From: a bacterium
GTDB lineage: Bacteria > Patescibacteriota > Patescibacteriia > JACPHY01
DNA: 64,000 bases
Assembly (NCBI GenBank): GCA_030646955.1
Contig: JAUSKM010000015.1
Coordinates: 285-64,284, forward strand
Direction: 5' to 3'
The position numbers and the translations under genes were made by a program. The notes under the pieces are model-generated. The model ran no database searches and was not told the DNA's origin. It saw nothing but the letters and a program-made list of their open reading frames with translations. Below are positions 36,504 through 45,885 of this stretch, one piece after another. The stretch's first letter is position 1. The number at the start of each line of letters is the position of its first letter.

Positions 36504-37664
36504 TCACAATCTCCCCTCTCCCACCGGGCTGTAGCCATTGCGAACCTCCTCGCCATCGGTGTAGCCGTCGCCGTCACTGTCCCGGCTGTTCAGGTCACTG
36601 CCGTACAACGCCTCGCGAACGTCGGAAAGACCGTCGGCATCGGCATCGGAACCTGCGGGCAATGCGTGCGACGGCTGCGGTTGCACGCCGAAGAGCTGCT
36701 CGATGACATCGTCGAGCGGGAGCGCGCTCGGAGGCGGCGCCATGGTCACGGGAACGTTCCAATCTGACCACTGGATGTCTGCGGTGCCGGTGAGGCGGAT
36801 GTTCGTTGCGTCCTCGCGCACCGCGAACGGGAACTGCGCGCGCACGAACGCACCCGCGCCCGTGAGCCACACATCGATCGTAATGTCCCGCACCCGCGGA
36901 ACGACTGCGGTCTGGAGCAATGCGGCCAGCGTCTCCCCACTCTCGCTTCCTGCGAGGAGCGCGATGAGCGCAGCGAGCGCTTGCTCGTTGATCGTCGTGC
37001 GGAGGTGCCGCGCGCGGACGCCGTCTACGCGCTCGCGCCCGAGATCCTCCTGGAACATGAGCAGTGGGTGCGTCCGCGCTTGTTCACGCAGCGCCGCGGC
37101 GCGACTCGCGTCGTACGGTGCGCTGGGTGCTGCCGCGCCTCCTATGCGCTGCTGGAGCCGCGCAAAGGTTGCACTATCCGCCACTACCCACCGCTCGCCG
37201 AGCATGCCCTGGACGATGCCCGCGCCGAGCGCCACGGCAGGCGCCGATGTCCCGCCGAGGAACGAAAAATCCCGCAGTCGGAGGTACTGCATCTCGCCAA
37301 TCGCTCGCGTGTCGAGCAGGAAGCCCAGCGTCGCATCACCGATCGCGCCCGCTGCCGTGATCGTCCCATCGCTTGCACGCGCGCCATCGTGCTCGCCGCG
37401 CCGTCCGTCATACGTCAGATGGAGCGACGCGGATTGCTCGTCCTGCTCCCACGCGATGCGCACGTCCGCGCGTGTGCGCACGGACACCGCCTCGACGGCC
37501 TGCACCCACGCACGATCGAGCGCCACCTGCGGATGCCGCGCCACCGCGCTCCACGGCCCCGCGCCCATCACCGCCGCGACCGTGCCAGCGGCTGCCGCGA
37601 CAATAATCGCAACAACTGCGGGCACGATGCCTCTTGGTTCCGTACCGTGTCGAAGCATAGTCAT
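36504..37664 (-). CDS. Membrane-anchored hypothetical protein with C-terminal Ca-binding thrombospondin type-3-like D-x-D-x-DG repeats
   Basis: N-terminal TM segment IVPAVVAIIVAAAAGTVAAV. C-terminus DADADGLSDVREALYGSDLNSRDSDGDGYTDGEEV. Confidence 0.5.
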   Translation of the reverse strand: MTMLRHGTEPRGIVPAVVAIIVAAAAGTVAAVMGAGPWSAVARHPQVALDRAWVQAVEAVSVRTRADVRIAWEQDEQSASLHLTYDGRRGEHDGARASDGTITAAGAIGDATLGFLLDTRAIGEMQYLRLRDFSFLGGTSAPAVALGAGIVQGMLGERWVVADSATFARLQQRIGGAAAPSAPYDASRAAALREQARTHPLLMFQEDLGRERVDGVRARHLRTTINEQALAALIALLAGSESGETLAALLQTAVVPRVRDITIDVWLTGAGAFVRAQFPFAVREDATNIRLTGTADIQWSDWNVPVTMAPPPSALPLDDVIEQLFGVQPQPSHALPAGSDADADGLSDVREALYGSDLNSRDSDGDGYTDGEEVRNGYSPVGEGRL

Positions 37665-37990
37665 GATGTCAATGCATTCGCTTCAATCGTGCACCATTCG
37701 CCCTGCTCCGCATCCCATCGAAATGCGCGAAGGAACGACACGAGATCATTGGTATCGTACATTTTTTGCACTGCCGTTTCTCCACCGATGCGCCGCGATC
37801 CCAACGCATGCTCACCGATGGTGCGCGGCTTGGTGACGTATTCCAACCGCACTCGTCCCATCGGCGCCTCAAATTCTACGAACGCCACCGTGCTCAATGG
37901 CACGCCCTCCAGTTCGGTTCTGCCTTCCTCTGCAATCACGAACCGCTCGGCAATGCGATCCAGGAGATCCGCCCATTGGGATGGTTGCAT
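37661..37990 (-). CDS. Hypothetical small protein
   Basis: MQPSQWADLLDRIAERFVIAEEGRTELEGV..., about 109 aa. Translationally coupled (4-bp overlap) to the downstream gene. Confidence 0.4.
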   Translation of the reverse strand: MQPSQWADLLDRIAERFVIAEEGRTELEGVPLSTVAFVEFEAPMGRVRLEYVTKPRTIGEHALGSRRIGGETAVQKMYDTNDLVSFLRAFRWDAEQGEWCTIEANALTS

Positions 37991-38009
37991 ACAAAAACAA
38001 TGCGATGCC

Positions 38010-41000
38010 TTACGGTTCCTCGCGTGATACTGCCGCTGCCGGCGCCTCGGCAATACCGGGTGATACCGTCATATCCTGCGGAGCCGTCGTCCCCGCATCG
38101 CGGAGTGCCCCGGTGTGCACACTCGGGTGCAGCGCGAGATCCACGCCAACAATGCCCTCGCGTTTGCGCATGTCCAGCGTACTCGAGCGCGCCGGGTCAT
38201 ACCCCCCCTTCTGCGCCGTCACATAGTAGACGCTCTTGCCCGCAAGGAACTGGTAACGGCCGTATCGGTCGGTCGCCGCGGTCTCCAGAAGTTTTCCAAA
38301 CTCAATATCGAACAGACGGACAACCGCGAGGTGGAGCGGGTGCTTAGAAACCACATCCCGAATCGCACCCCAGGATTTCACGGCGCGCGCGCGGATAGCA
38401 AGTCGCCGGAAGAGCACGTAGAAGAGGAGGTTGATGCCCAGCACGGCACCGATGAGCGGACGCGGCGAAATGGCGAAGGATGCGATGGAGAGCACGAGGC
38501 CGACATCCGAAACCGCGCCACTGATGATGCGCCCGTAGTGGTTGCGCAGGACATGCTTGTCGAGCGTCATCGTCCGCTCCGCTTTCGCGTCCAGCGGGAT
38601 ACTCTTGATGACGAACCCGCCACCCTCCGGCACCGCGAACGGCTCGCCGTAGGTGCAATCGAGGAAGTCGCCATCCTCGCGGCGCCCCGCAAGGCGCGTG
38701 GAGGGGTATGCGTACTGCGGATGGCGCACGTCCAATCGGTACGATCCTGCTTGCTTCACCGCAAAGTTGTACCGCCCCAGGTGGTCCGTCACCTCGGTGG
38801 CAACCACGCGACCCGTCGCAACATCCAGAAGCCGGACGGTAGCGAGATCCACCGGCCGCTTCGAGAGCGCGCCATACACCGTCCCCCACGCGGTACGCTT
38901 GCGTCGCGAAAAGAGGCGGCTTGGCGAGAGAAGGAAGCCAACGAGGTACTGCGCGTACGCGAGGAGCTGAAACCCGTGCACGGCGGTCGCGGTGTTCGTC
39001 GCGACGGCAACCACCACCGCTGGCGCAACGACACGCTCCGTCGTTGTCTCAACGGCAGGGTTGTCCAGCACGCGTTCCTGCACCGCCACGGCGGTCTTCT
39101 CCGCGGCCTTCGCCGTTGCCTTCGCGGTGGTCTGCGTTGCACTGACGACGGCCTTCGCGGTCGCGGTGGTTGCCTCGGCAACCACCGTCGCGGTACGCGC
39201 CGCGATGCCTTCCGTTTCCTCGGTGCGATCAAACGCGCTCGCGCAGTCAGGATCCGCTGGGTAGTCCAGGAGCGCGTCGCCATCGTTATCCATACCATCT
39301 GCGCATGCGGCTGGCGCGATCGCAAACGGGAGCACCTGCGGGAGCGGCGAGACGTTCCCTGCGGAATCGCGCGCGGCGACGCGGATGGTGGAGCCGCCTG
39401 GTGGGAGTGCGAGCGTTGTACGGAACTCCCATGCGACACTCGTCACGCGGTGCGTAAAGGTTGCCGATTCTCCGCCGATGGTAATGAGGATCGCATCAAC
39501 ATCTCCTGCCGATGCCGCAGGGATGATACCGGCGAGCTGAATCAGCACGTCGAACGCGTCCGCGCGCGATGCCGCAATCCCCTGCTTCGTTGTCCGAACC
39601 TCGCGAACCTCCGGCGTTCCTGGCGGCGTGCGATCCACCACAAACGGAGCAGCCGCCGTCAGCGTCAGCCCTCCAGCGACAACCGCATCGCCGCGCACCT
39701 CATGTGCTCCTTCTGCCACGATGCCGGGGAGGAGTGCCGTGAAACCGCCGAGCGCGTCCGTCTCCACGGAAGCAATGGGGGTACCGTCGAGCGCAATACG
39801 TACCATGGTCTCCGATGGTCCGCGCCCACTCACCACAACGGTTTGCGCATTGGTTGCAGAGCCCGCGATGGGTGCCGTGAGCGTGAGATCGCGCAAGGGC
39901 GGCGATACCATACGCACCTGCGCAGCAGTAGATTGCCCGCTCGTTGTCACACTGATGCGATGCGATCCCTCGCTCACATTGCGAATGGTCAACGAGAAGC
40001 TCTGATCCGCAGCCGCAGTGAGATTCCAATGCGTCCGATCGTCAAGCGAGACCGTCACCGATGCATCGGATGATGCCGCACCACGAATGACGAGATCACC
40101 CGCAGGCAACACCGCGCCATCAACAGGCGCGAGGAGCGCGAACATCGTCGCCGCGTTTGCGCGCGTGACGCCGGGCGCGGGGGACGCCGTGCCCGGCGCT
40201 GCTGACGTGCCCGGCGCAGCAACGTCTGGAATCGGGACCACCGGCGGTGCTCCCGGTTGCTGCGGAGGCGGCGTTGGCTGCGGCGTAACAGTAAGCGGTG
40301 CGCCAACGGGCTCCGCCGGAGGCGCCTCCTGCGGCGGCACTGGTTGTTGCGGCGGCGCTGTGTCCGGCGGAGGAGCAAGCGGCCCAATGACGCTGAACGT
40401 GAGCGGCGCGAGTGCAACCGTACGCGGCGCCACATCCGCAAGGGGCACATATGCCATAGTCGGCGCAACCGTGAGGGATGCGCCCGCAGCTGCCGTTGTC
40501 CGGAAATCAATGCCGAACACCGCCGTTGCACCGATGCCGAGCGTGGCAAGTCGGAATGTCGCAACACCCGGCGCAGTGGCGCCAACATCCGCAGCATCCG
40601 CGTCGCCTGCATCCGATGCACGGACGCCGTTGACTACGAGCGTGCCCGGCATTGGCACGGCACCTGCCGGGATAGGGATAGAAACAACAAGATTGCGCAC
40701 GATGCCGGTCCCCGCATGCGCAACACGCACCACGACGGGAATGCGATCATCCGTACGAACATCCGGAGATGCGAGCGTGGTCTGCACCTGCGCGGACGCA
40801 TCGCCGCGATCGCTGCCGACGGTGGTACTCACAATGGTCGTCGCGGAGCACGCTGATGGCACGCCAACGTGATTGCGCGCCTCGGCACAAAACGCGTAGG
40901 TATGATCCGGCTCAAGGCCAATGACAAGCACGCGGCCGCGCTCCCACTCTGCGAACGTCCGCCATACGGCATCAGGCGTACCAAAAAGCCCGTCTGCAGC

Positions 41001-42851
41001 AACGTACCGGCCAGATTGTTTATCCTTGATCGCATACCGAATGTCGTCCGCGTTCCCGCTGCCAGCACCAAACGCAATGACCGCGCTCGATCGCGTCACA
41101 TCTGATGCGGTCGCTGCTCCCGGCACGACGGCAAGCGTCACCGCACAGGGATACGAATCGGAAACTGGCGAGATCTTCGTGCCGCTCAACGCGACAACGC
41201 GCCGGCCGCAGTACTCGGTGTCCGGCGCGAGCGCACGTTCCTCCACGAATGTTGCCGCGGGATCGTCCGTCCGCGCCAGCTCCTTCCCATCCGCGTCACG
41301 AATCGCAAACCCCGATGCCGCACCCCCGCTATTCGCAAATGGCCATCGGATGCTCGTGGCGGCGGGCACCGGCGTTGCAATCGTTGGCGCCCCGATGGTG
41401 TCATCTACCGTGTACGCAATACGCAACGCGGTGAGGCGCGGATCCGCCTCGCCGTTCGTTGAAATGAGCGTTGCGCGCCACCGCAGCGATGAACCCGTTA
41501 CCGTGAACGTCCATACCGTCCCGGGCGTGACCGGACCCTCCCACCGTGCGGCACCATCCGCTGCGCTCACCTCGTAGGTGATTGCCGCGCCTGCCGGCAC
41601 GGTCGCCGTGGGCGTGAGCGTCGCGGTAAGGATGCGATGCGGAGTGTCATCAACGGGGTTCGCGGTCAACGCGATACCAGGGGATGCGAGGCCGGACATC
41701 AGGACGTTCGCGCCGTCCGCCCGTCCCGCAATGACGCTCCCGTGCGCGGGGTATGTTGGCGCAATGCCAAACGCGGACGGCGCACTGCCAACCCATCCGA
41801 GGGCAAGCGCGGTGGCAGTCCCGCCCTCCACGCGGGCAACGCCGCCACTCCTCCCAACCAGGAGCTGCCCGCCGGGGCCGTATGCAATCGCGCTGGCGTC
41901 CTCGCTGCGATACGCGATACTCCACCCAGCGCCGCCGTCCGTTGTCTCGTACACGCCATCAAGGAACAGTGCGGCAACGCGCCCCGTACTGCTCGCGGCA
42001 AGCGCGGTCGCATACGGCACGGAGATGCCAGCCGGATTGCGCAGCGTCCACGTGGTACCAGCGTCCACGGAACGGTACAGGCCATCGCGCAATGTCGAAA
42101 GGAAGACCGTATGGTTCGTCTGGTACGCAGGATCCACCGCAACGGCGCGGATGTCACCGTTCACGCGCACTGCATCAGACACGCCGGAGGAAATATCGAA
42201 CCATGATACGCCGCTATCTTGGCTTCGCAGCACGCGATCGAACGCCGCGACAAATACCGTGCGGTCTGTCGCGTACGCCGGCGAGAATGCGATACCAAAT
42301 CCATTCACGCTCCCGTCTACCTGCAGCCACGTCACACCGCCATCAATCGTACGCCAAAGGCCGCTCCCGTTTGTCATGGCAAACGCGATCCCATCGCCGG
42401 AGAATGTTGGGGAAACCGCAACCGCAACCGCCTCGCTGCCCGTCGCAAGCATGCGCAGCCACGTTGATCCTCCGTCCGTGGTGCGATACACGCCGTCGCT
42501 TGCAGCGATGAATGCCGTACGACTTGCGGCGTACTCTGGCGTATACGCGACACCGCTGACGCGGCGGCCATCAAACGCGGCGGCGGTCACCCAGACATTC
42601 CCGTTGTCAACCGCGCGACGCAGACGTACGTCCCCTGCTGCACTGTCCCAAGACGCACTCCAACCCGAAGCGAGCGCAGCGGGCACCGAGGAAAATTCCT
42701 CGACGTACACGCGCTCTGTTGCCGCATCAATTTTGGTGACGACGGCACCCGCAAGAACGAGAAGGAGCGCGGCGACTCCAAAGCCAAGCGCATGGTGACG
42801 CGGGAACAATGCAGCCATAGGAACAACAAACAGCCGAGCACGCAGCTCCAT
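38010..42851 (-). CDS. Giant cell-surface protein (>1600 aa): signal/TM anchor, BNR/Asp-box beta-propeller, Ig/FN3-like domains, Pro-rich linker, DNDGD Cys/Asp motif, C-terminal TM helices with two CarboxypepD_reg-like domains
   Basis: Asp-box repeats TTDGGSTW, TIDGGVTW, SQDSGVSW, SVDAGTTW, TTDGGAGW. Linker PPPDTAPPQQPVPPQEAPPAEP. CADGMDNDGDALLDYPADPDC. RVVATEVTDHLGRYNF and LLETAATDRYGRYQFLAGKSVYYV (CarboxypepD_reg-like). The track ORF extends to 43010; start set at MELRARLFVV. Confidence 0.65.
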   Translation of the reverse strand: MELRARLFVVPMAALFPRHHALGFGVAALLLVLAGAVVTKIDAATERVYVEEFSSVPAALASGWSASWDSAAGDVRLRRAVDNGNVWVTAAAFDGRRVSGVAYTPEYAASRTAFIAASDGVYRTTDGGSTWLRMLATGSEAVAVAVSPTFSGDGIAFAMTNGSGLWRTIDGGVTWLQVDGSVNGFGIAFSPAYATDRTVFVAAFDRVLRSQDSGVSWFDISSGVSDAVRVNGDIRAVAVDPAYQTNHTVFLSTLRDGLYRSVDAGTTWTLRNPAGISVPYATALAASSTGRVAALFLDGVYETTDGGAGWSIAYRSEDASAIAYGPGGQLLVGRSGGVARVEGGTATALALGWVGSAPSAFGIAPTYPAHGSVIAGRADGANVLMSGLASPGIALTANPVDDTPHRILTATLTPTATVPAGAAITYEVSAADGAARWEGPVTPGTVWTFTVTGSSLRWRATLISTNGEADPRLTALRIAYTVDDTIGAPTIATPVPAATSIRWPFANSGGAASGFAIRDADGKELARTDDPAATFVEERALAPDTEYCGRRVVALSGTKISPVSDSYPCAVTLAVVPGAATASDVTRSSAVIAFGAGSGNADDIRYAIKDKQSGRYVAADGLFGTPDAVWRTFAEWERGRVLVIGLEPDHTYAFCAEARNHVGVPSACSATTIVSTTVGSDRGDASAQVQTTLASPDVRTDDRIPVVVRVAHAGTGIVRNLVVSIPIPAGAVPMPGTLVVNGVRASDAGDADAADVGATAPGVATFRLATLGIGATAVFGIDFRTTAAAGASLTVAPTMAYVPLADVAPRTVALAPLTFSVIGPLAPPPDTAPPQQPVPPQEAPPAEPVGAPLTVTPQPTPPPQQPGAPPVVPIPDVAAPGTSAAPGTASPAPGVTRANAATMFALLAPVDGAVLPAGDLVIRGAASSDASVTVSLDDRTHWNLTAAADQSFSLTIRNVSEGSHRISVTTSGQSTAAQVRMVSPPLRDLTLTAPIAGSATNAQTVVVSGRGPSETMVRIALDGTPIASVETDALGGFTALLPGIVAEGAHEVRGDAVVAGGLTLTAAAPFVVDRTPPGTPEVREVRTTKQGIAASRADAFDVLIQLAGIIPAASAGDVDAILITIGGESATFTHRVTSVAWEFRTTLALPPGGSTIRVAARDSAGNVSPLPQVLPFAIAPAACADGMDNDGDALLDYPADPDCASAFDRTEETEGIAARTATVVAEATTATAKAVVSATQTTAKATAKAAEKTAVAVQERVLDNPAVETTTERVVAPAVVVAVATNTATAVHGFQLLAYAQYLVGFLLSPSRLFSRRKRTAWGTVYGALSKRPVDLATVRLLDVATGRVVATEVTDHLGRYNFAVKQAGSYRLDVRHPQYAYPSTRLAGRREDGDFLDCTYGEPFAVPEGGGFVIKSIPLDAKAERTMTLDKHVLRNHYGRIISGAVSDVGLVLSIASFAISPRPLIGAVLGINLLFYVLFRRLAIRARAVKSWGAIRDVVSKHPLHLAVVRLFDIEFGKLLETAATDRYGRYQFLAGKSVYYVTAQKGGYDPARSSTLDMRKREGIVGVDLALHPSVHTGALRDAGTTAPQDMTVSPGIAEAPAAAVSREEP

Positions 42852-43002
42852 TGCCGATGCGTGCGCGAACGGCTCACGGAACAATCTTTTGTTAGTATAC
42901 CACGCAAATTTCTCTTGCGCCCACAGGGTACTGGGCGGTACAATGGCAATGTGCATGCGTGACACTGCACGGGGCACGCTCCCGCGCACCACGACTCCAT
43001 CC

Positions 43003-43758
43003 ATGTTCAATCATCAGGATTTTTTCACACTCGAGCGCCGTGCAAAGCAGCAACGCGTTGCCGCGATTGCAGGCAGCGCGCTCGCCGCGATCCTGCTCGT
43101 GACCTTCGCAACCGCGACCGACGCGTCCCGGGCTGTGGATAGCGCATCGCTCGCGCTGGTGTCCGCGGATTGCGCGCCGGTCGTACGCGGCCGCACCATC
43201 CACGTCGCCTGGGAGACCACCGTCGCAGCGGATGAAAATTCCGTCATGGTTGGATCGGACGACATGTTCGGCACCACCGTCGCCGCAACGCCGGGGACGC
43301 GCCACGCAGCAGTCATCGCAGACCTCCCCAGCGGCGCGACCGTCCACTATCGCGTCACATCGCGACGTACTGCCACGGAGGAGACCGCCGCATCCGGTAC
43401 CTGCGTGGTCACGGTGGATGGCCTCGACACCGCCGCGCCACGCTTCACCGATGTCATTGTGGACAGTGTTGTCACCGATGCGGCCGCGGTCCACTTCGCA
43501 ACCAACGAACCCGCCGCGCTCCTCGTTACCGTGACATCCTTTGATGCAGACGGCGCCATCGTCACCGCATCGGAGACCACCGCCACCCAGGATATCGTGT
43601 CGCCTCCCGCCCACCGCATCGTCCTCTCCGGCCTCACCCCCGGCACGCGCTACACCGTCCGCGCAGACGCCATCGACAACGCTGGCAACTCCACCACCTT
43701 GACACCCCCCATCGAATTCCGTACGCTGCATGTGCCCGCCCCCGTAGCTCAGTGGTAG
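43003..43758 (+). CDS. Membrane-anchored protein with two FN3-like (purple acid phosphatase N-terminal-like) domains
   Basis: MFNHQDFFTLERRAKQQRVAAIAGSALAAILLVTFA TM helix. IHVAWETTVAADENSVMVGSD...TVHYRVTS beta-sandwich repeats. The 3' end, including the stop, overlaps tRNA-Lys by 21 nt. Confidence 0.45.
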   Translation: MFNHQDFFTLERRAKQQRVAAIAGSALAAILLVTFATATDASRAVDSASLALVSADCAPVVRGRTIHVAWETTVAADENSVMVGSDDMFGTTVAATPGTRHAAVIADLPSGATVHYRVTSRRTATEETAASGTCVVTVDGLDTAAPRFTDVIVDSVVTDAAAVHFATNEPAALLVTVTSFDADGAIVTASETTATQDIVSPPAHRIVLSGLTPGTRYTVRADAIDNAGNSTTLTPPIEFRTLHVPAPVAQW

Positions 43759-43809
43759 AGCAGCGGCCTTTTAAGCCGAATGTCGCAGGTCCGATCCCTG
43801 CCGGGGGCA
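43738..43809 (+). tRNA. tRNA-Lys (anticodon UUU)
   Basis: GCCCCCGTAGCTCAGTGGTAGAGCAGCGGCCTTTTAAGCCGAATGTCGCAGGTCCGATCCCTGCCGGGGGCA, with anticodon loop CTTTTAA. Confidence 0.85.
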
Positions 43810-43835
43810 TAGATACAACCACGCGCAGCACAACA

Positions 43836-43878
43836 AAACACCCACCCCAGCAATGGGGTGGGTGTTTTGTTGGTTTTT
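43836..43878. terminator. Bidirectional rho-independent terminator (tRNA-Lys on +, murG on -)
   Basis: aaaacacccacccca-gcaa-tggggtgggtgttttgttggttttt. Confidence 0.8.
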
Positions 43879-43884
43879 CGCCCG

Positions 43885-44952
43885 TCACTGCGCTGCTTGC
43901 ATGACCACGCGCGCAAGCGTGGCGGCGGCGTTGTCGGGAAACATGGTGGCGATGGAACGACCGAGTTTGGCGCGACGGTTGGCATCCTCGAGAAGCGCAT
44001 GGATGCGTTGTGTGAAGACGCCGGGCGCGACGAGGGCCCGCGAATTCCAAACCTCCGCAGCACCGCGCTCGTTGAGTTGCTGCGCGTTGTCTTCCTGGTG
44101 AGTGGATGGCATGGGCACCAGCACCGTCGGTTTACCCAGGCACCCCAGCTCCGCGATCGTCCCCATGCCCGCACGACTCACCACAAGATCCGCAGCAGCG
44201 AGCGCGGGAATCATATCGTCGGCGAGAAACTCAAATTGTCGATAGGATCCGGCCCACTCCCCCTTCCCAGCGGGAGTGGGGGGAACATTGCCCTGCTTCC
44301 CTTTCCCCGTCACATGAATCACGTCGGCAATCGCCGTCAGCTCGGGCAATGCGGCCCAGACAAGGTGGTTGAGCGCCATTGCGCCGGTGCCACCGCCAAG
44401 AATGAGGAGTACGTGTCGATTTCCGGAGAATCCAAAATGCCGCTGTGCTTCGCGCACATCCGCCACGCACGCATCGCGCACGGCGGCACGCACCGGCACG
44501 CCGATGCCCTCAGCGCCAAATGTCGCCGTCCGCGCGGACGAAAACCGCGCCACAAGCGTGTTGGCCAATGATGGACGCGCGTCCAGTTGGTGGATGACGA
44601 TCGGGATGCGCAGCACGCGCGCCGCAAGCATCACCGGCACCTGCACGTATGACCCCGCGCCCACCACCGTATCTGGCCGCTCCCGACGCAGAAACGCAAG
44701 TGCGCGCACGAACGCCCATGCAATTGCAAACGCATCCACGATATTCCGCCCATCCAGGTACCGTCGCAGCTTGCCTGCCGGAAACGCGATGAACCGGATC
44801 CCGTCGCGCTCCACCAACACCCGCTCCGGCCCCCGCCGCGTCCCAATCCACATCATCACCGCCCGCGGCCGCACATGCCGAATCTCCTCCGCGACAGCCA
44901 AGAGCGGGGTCACCGATCCCAATGTTCCGCCGCCGGTGAAGAGGATGGTCAT
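43885..44952 (-). CDS. murG: UDP-N-acetylglucosamine--N-acetylmuramyl-(pentapeptide) pyrophosphoryl-undecaprenol N-acetylglucosamine transferase
   Basis: MTILFTGGGTLGSVTPLLAV...GT28 N- and C-terminal domains. A small GC hairpin (44256-44286) lies within a variable loop. Confidence 0.85.
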   Translation of the reverse strand: MTILFTGGGTLGSVTPLLAVAEEIRHVRPRAVMMWIGTRRGPERVLVERDGIRFIAFPAGKLRRYLDGRNIVDAFAIAWAFVRALAFLRRERPDTVVGAGSYVQVPVMLAARVLRIPIVIHQLDARPSLANTLVARFSSARTATFGAEGIGVPVRAAVRDACVADVREAQRHFGFSGNRHVLLILGGGTGAMALNHLVWAALPELTAIADVIHVTGKGKQGNVPPTPAGKGEWAGSYRQFEFLADDMIPALAAADLVVSRAGMGTIAELGCLGKPTVLVPMPSTHQEDNAQQLNERGAAEVWNSRALVAPGVFTQRIHALLEDANRRAKLGRSIATMFPDNAAATLARVVMQAAQ

Positions 44953-45656
44953 GCGTGGGCGTGAAGATACATACTCCGAGCATCGCTCGGCAGCCGCTCG
45001 ATGGCGGAGCGAAGCATGGTGCGGGGCATCGCTGCGGCGTGCAGACGGAGGAATGTTTCGAGGGCGGCCGTGGAACGCTTCCCGGCCTCACGCAGCATCC
45101 AACCGGTTGCTTTGTGGATGAGGTCATGCGGATCGCGTAGGAGGATCTGCGCGATGCGAAACGTGTCCGTCAACTGGCCATGCCGAATGAACGCGTACGT
45201 CGCGACGATGGCGATGCGCCGCTCCCAGAGCTGCGGCGAGCGTGCGAGACGGGCCAGCACACCGCGCGGACGACGCAGGAGGTATGCGCCGACGATGTGG
45301 TACGCAGAAGTGTCCACGAGATCCCAGTTGTTCACGCGCACGGTATTGTGGAGGTAACACTGGTACACCGCGCGCTGCTCCCGCGCATCGCCGCCGTTGA
45401 ACCGCGCGATGAGCAGCAGGAGCGCCACGAAACGATCCTCATGGGAGCGCGATTGCAGCAACTGCTCCGCGTGCGTGAACGAGCATGCGTGGTACTGCTT
45501 CGCAATCGTGCGCATCGTTGGGACAGTAACGCCAAGAAATTGATCCCCCTGTGCGTATTCCCCTGCTCCGGTCTTAAAAAACCGCGCACACGCTGCCGCA
45601 CGCGACGGATCCGCCGCACTCCGTATCGCGCGTTTGATCGTGGGAAGAGAGGCCAT
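44949..45656 (-). CDS. DNA alkylation repair protein (AlkD/AlkC HEAT-like repeat family)
   Basis: 235-aa all-helical protein, RFFKTGAGEYAQGDQFLGVTVPTMR...WDLVD..., typical of DNA-7-methylguanine glycosylase-like proteins. Confidence 0.65.
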   Translation of the reverse strand: MASLPTIKRAIRSAADPSRAAACARFFKTGAGEYAQGDQFLGVTVPTMRTIAKQYHACSFTHAEQLLQSRSHEDRFVALLLLIARFNGGDAREQRAVYQCYLHNTVRVNNWDLVDTSAYHIVGAYLLRRPRGVLARLARSPQLWERRIAIVATYAFIRHGQLTDTFRIAQILLRDPHDLIHKATGWMLREAGKRSTAALETFLRLHAAAMPRTMLRSAIERLPSDARSMYLHAHA

Positions 45657-45728
45657 AGTGCGCTCCTTGATGCTCGGTGCTCGGAATCTGGGCTCTTCGC
45701 CCTTTTCTGTCGCTCATGCTCTGTTTGA

Positions 45729-45878
45729 TCCCCTCCCTCCCCGCGCGTACTCGCGGGGGGAGGGAGGGTTAGGGAGGGAGAGGTGGGACGGAATGGCAAC
45801 ATGGTACAGCCCATCCATAGCCACCTCTCCCCCTCCTGCTCCCCCTCTCCCCACGAGTACGTGCGGGGAGGGGGAGGG
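45729..45878. repeat. Composite GC-rich hairpin element (two hairpins plus conserved spacer)
   Basis: cccctccctccccgcgcgtactcgcggggggagggaggg ... cagcccatccatagccacctctccccctcctgctccccctctccccacgagtacgtgcggggagggggagg. Paralogous to 26250-26312 and 60161-60240 (inverted). Confidence 0.65.
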
Positions 45879-45885
45879 TAAGGAG

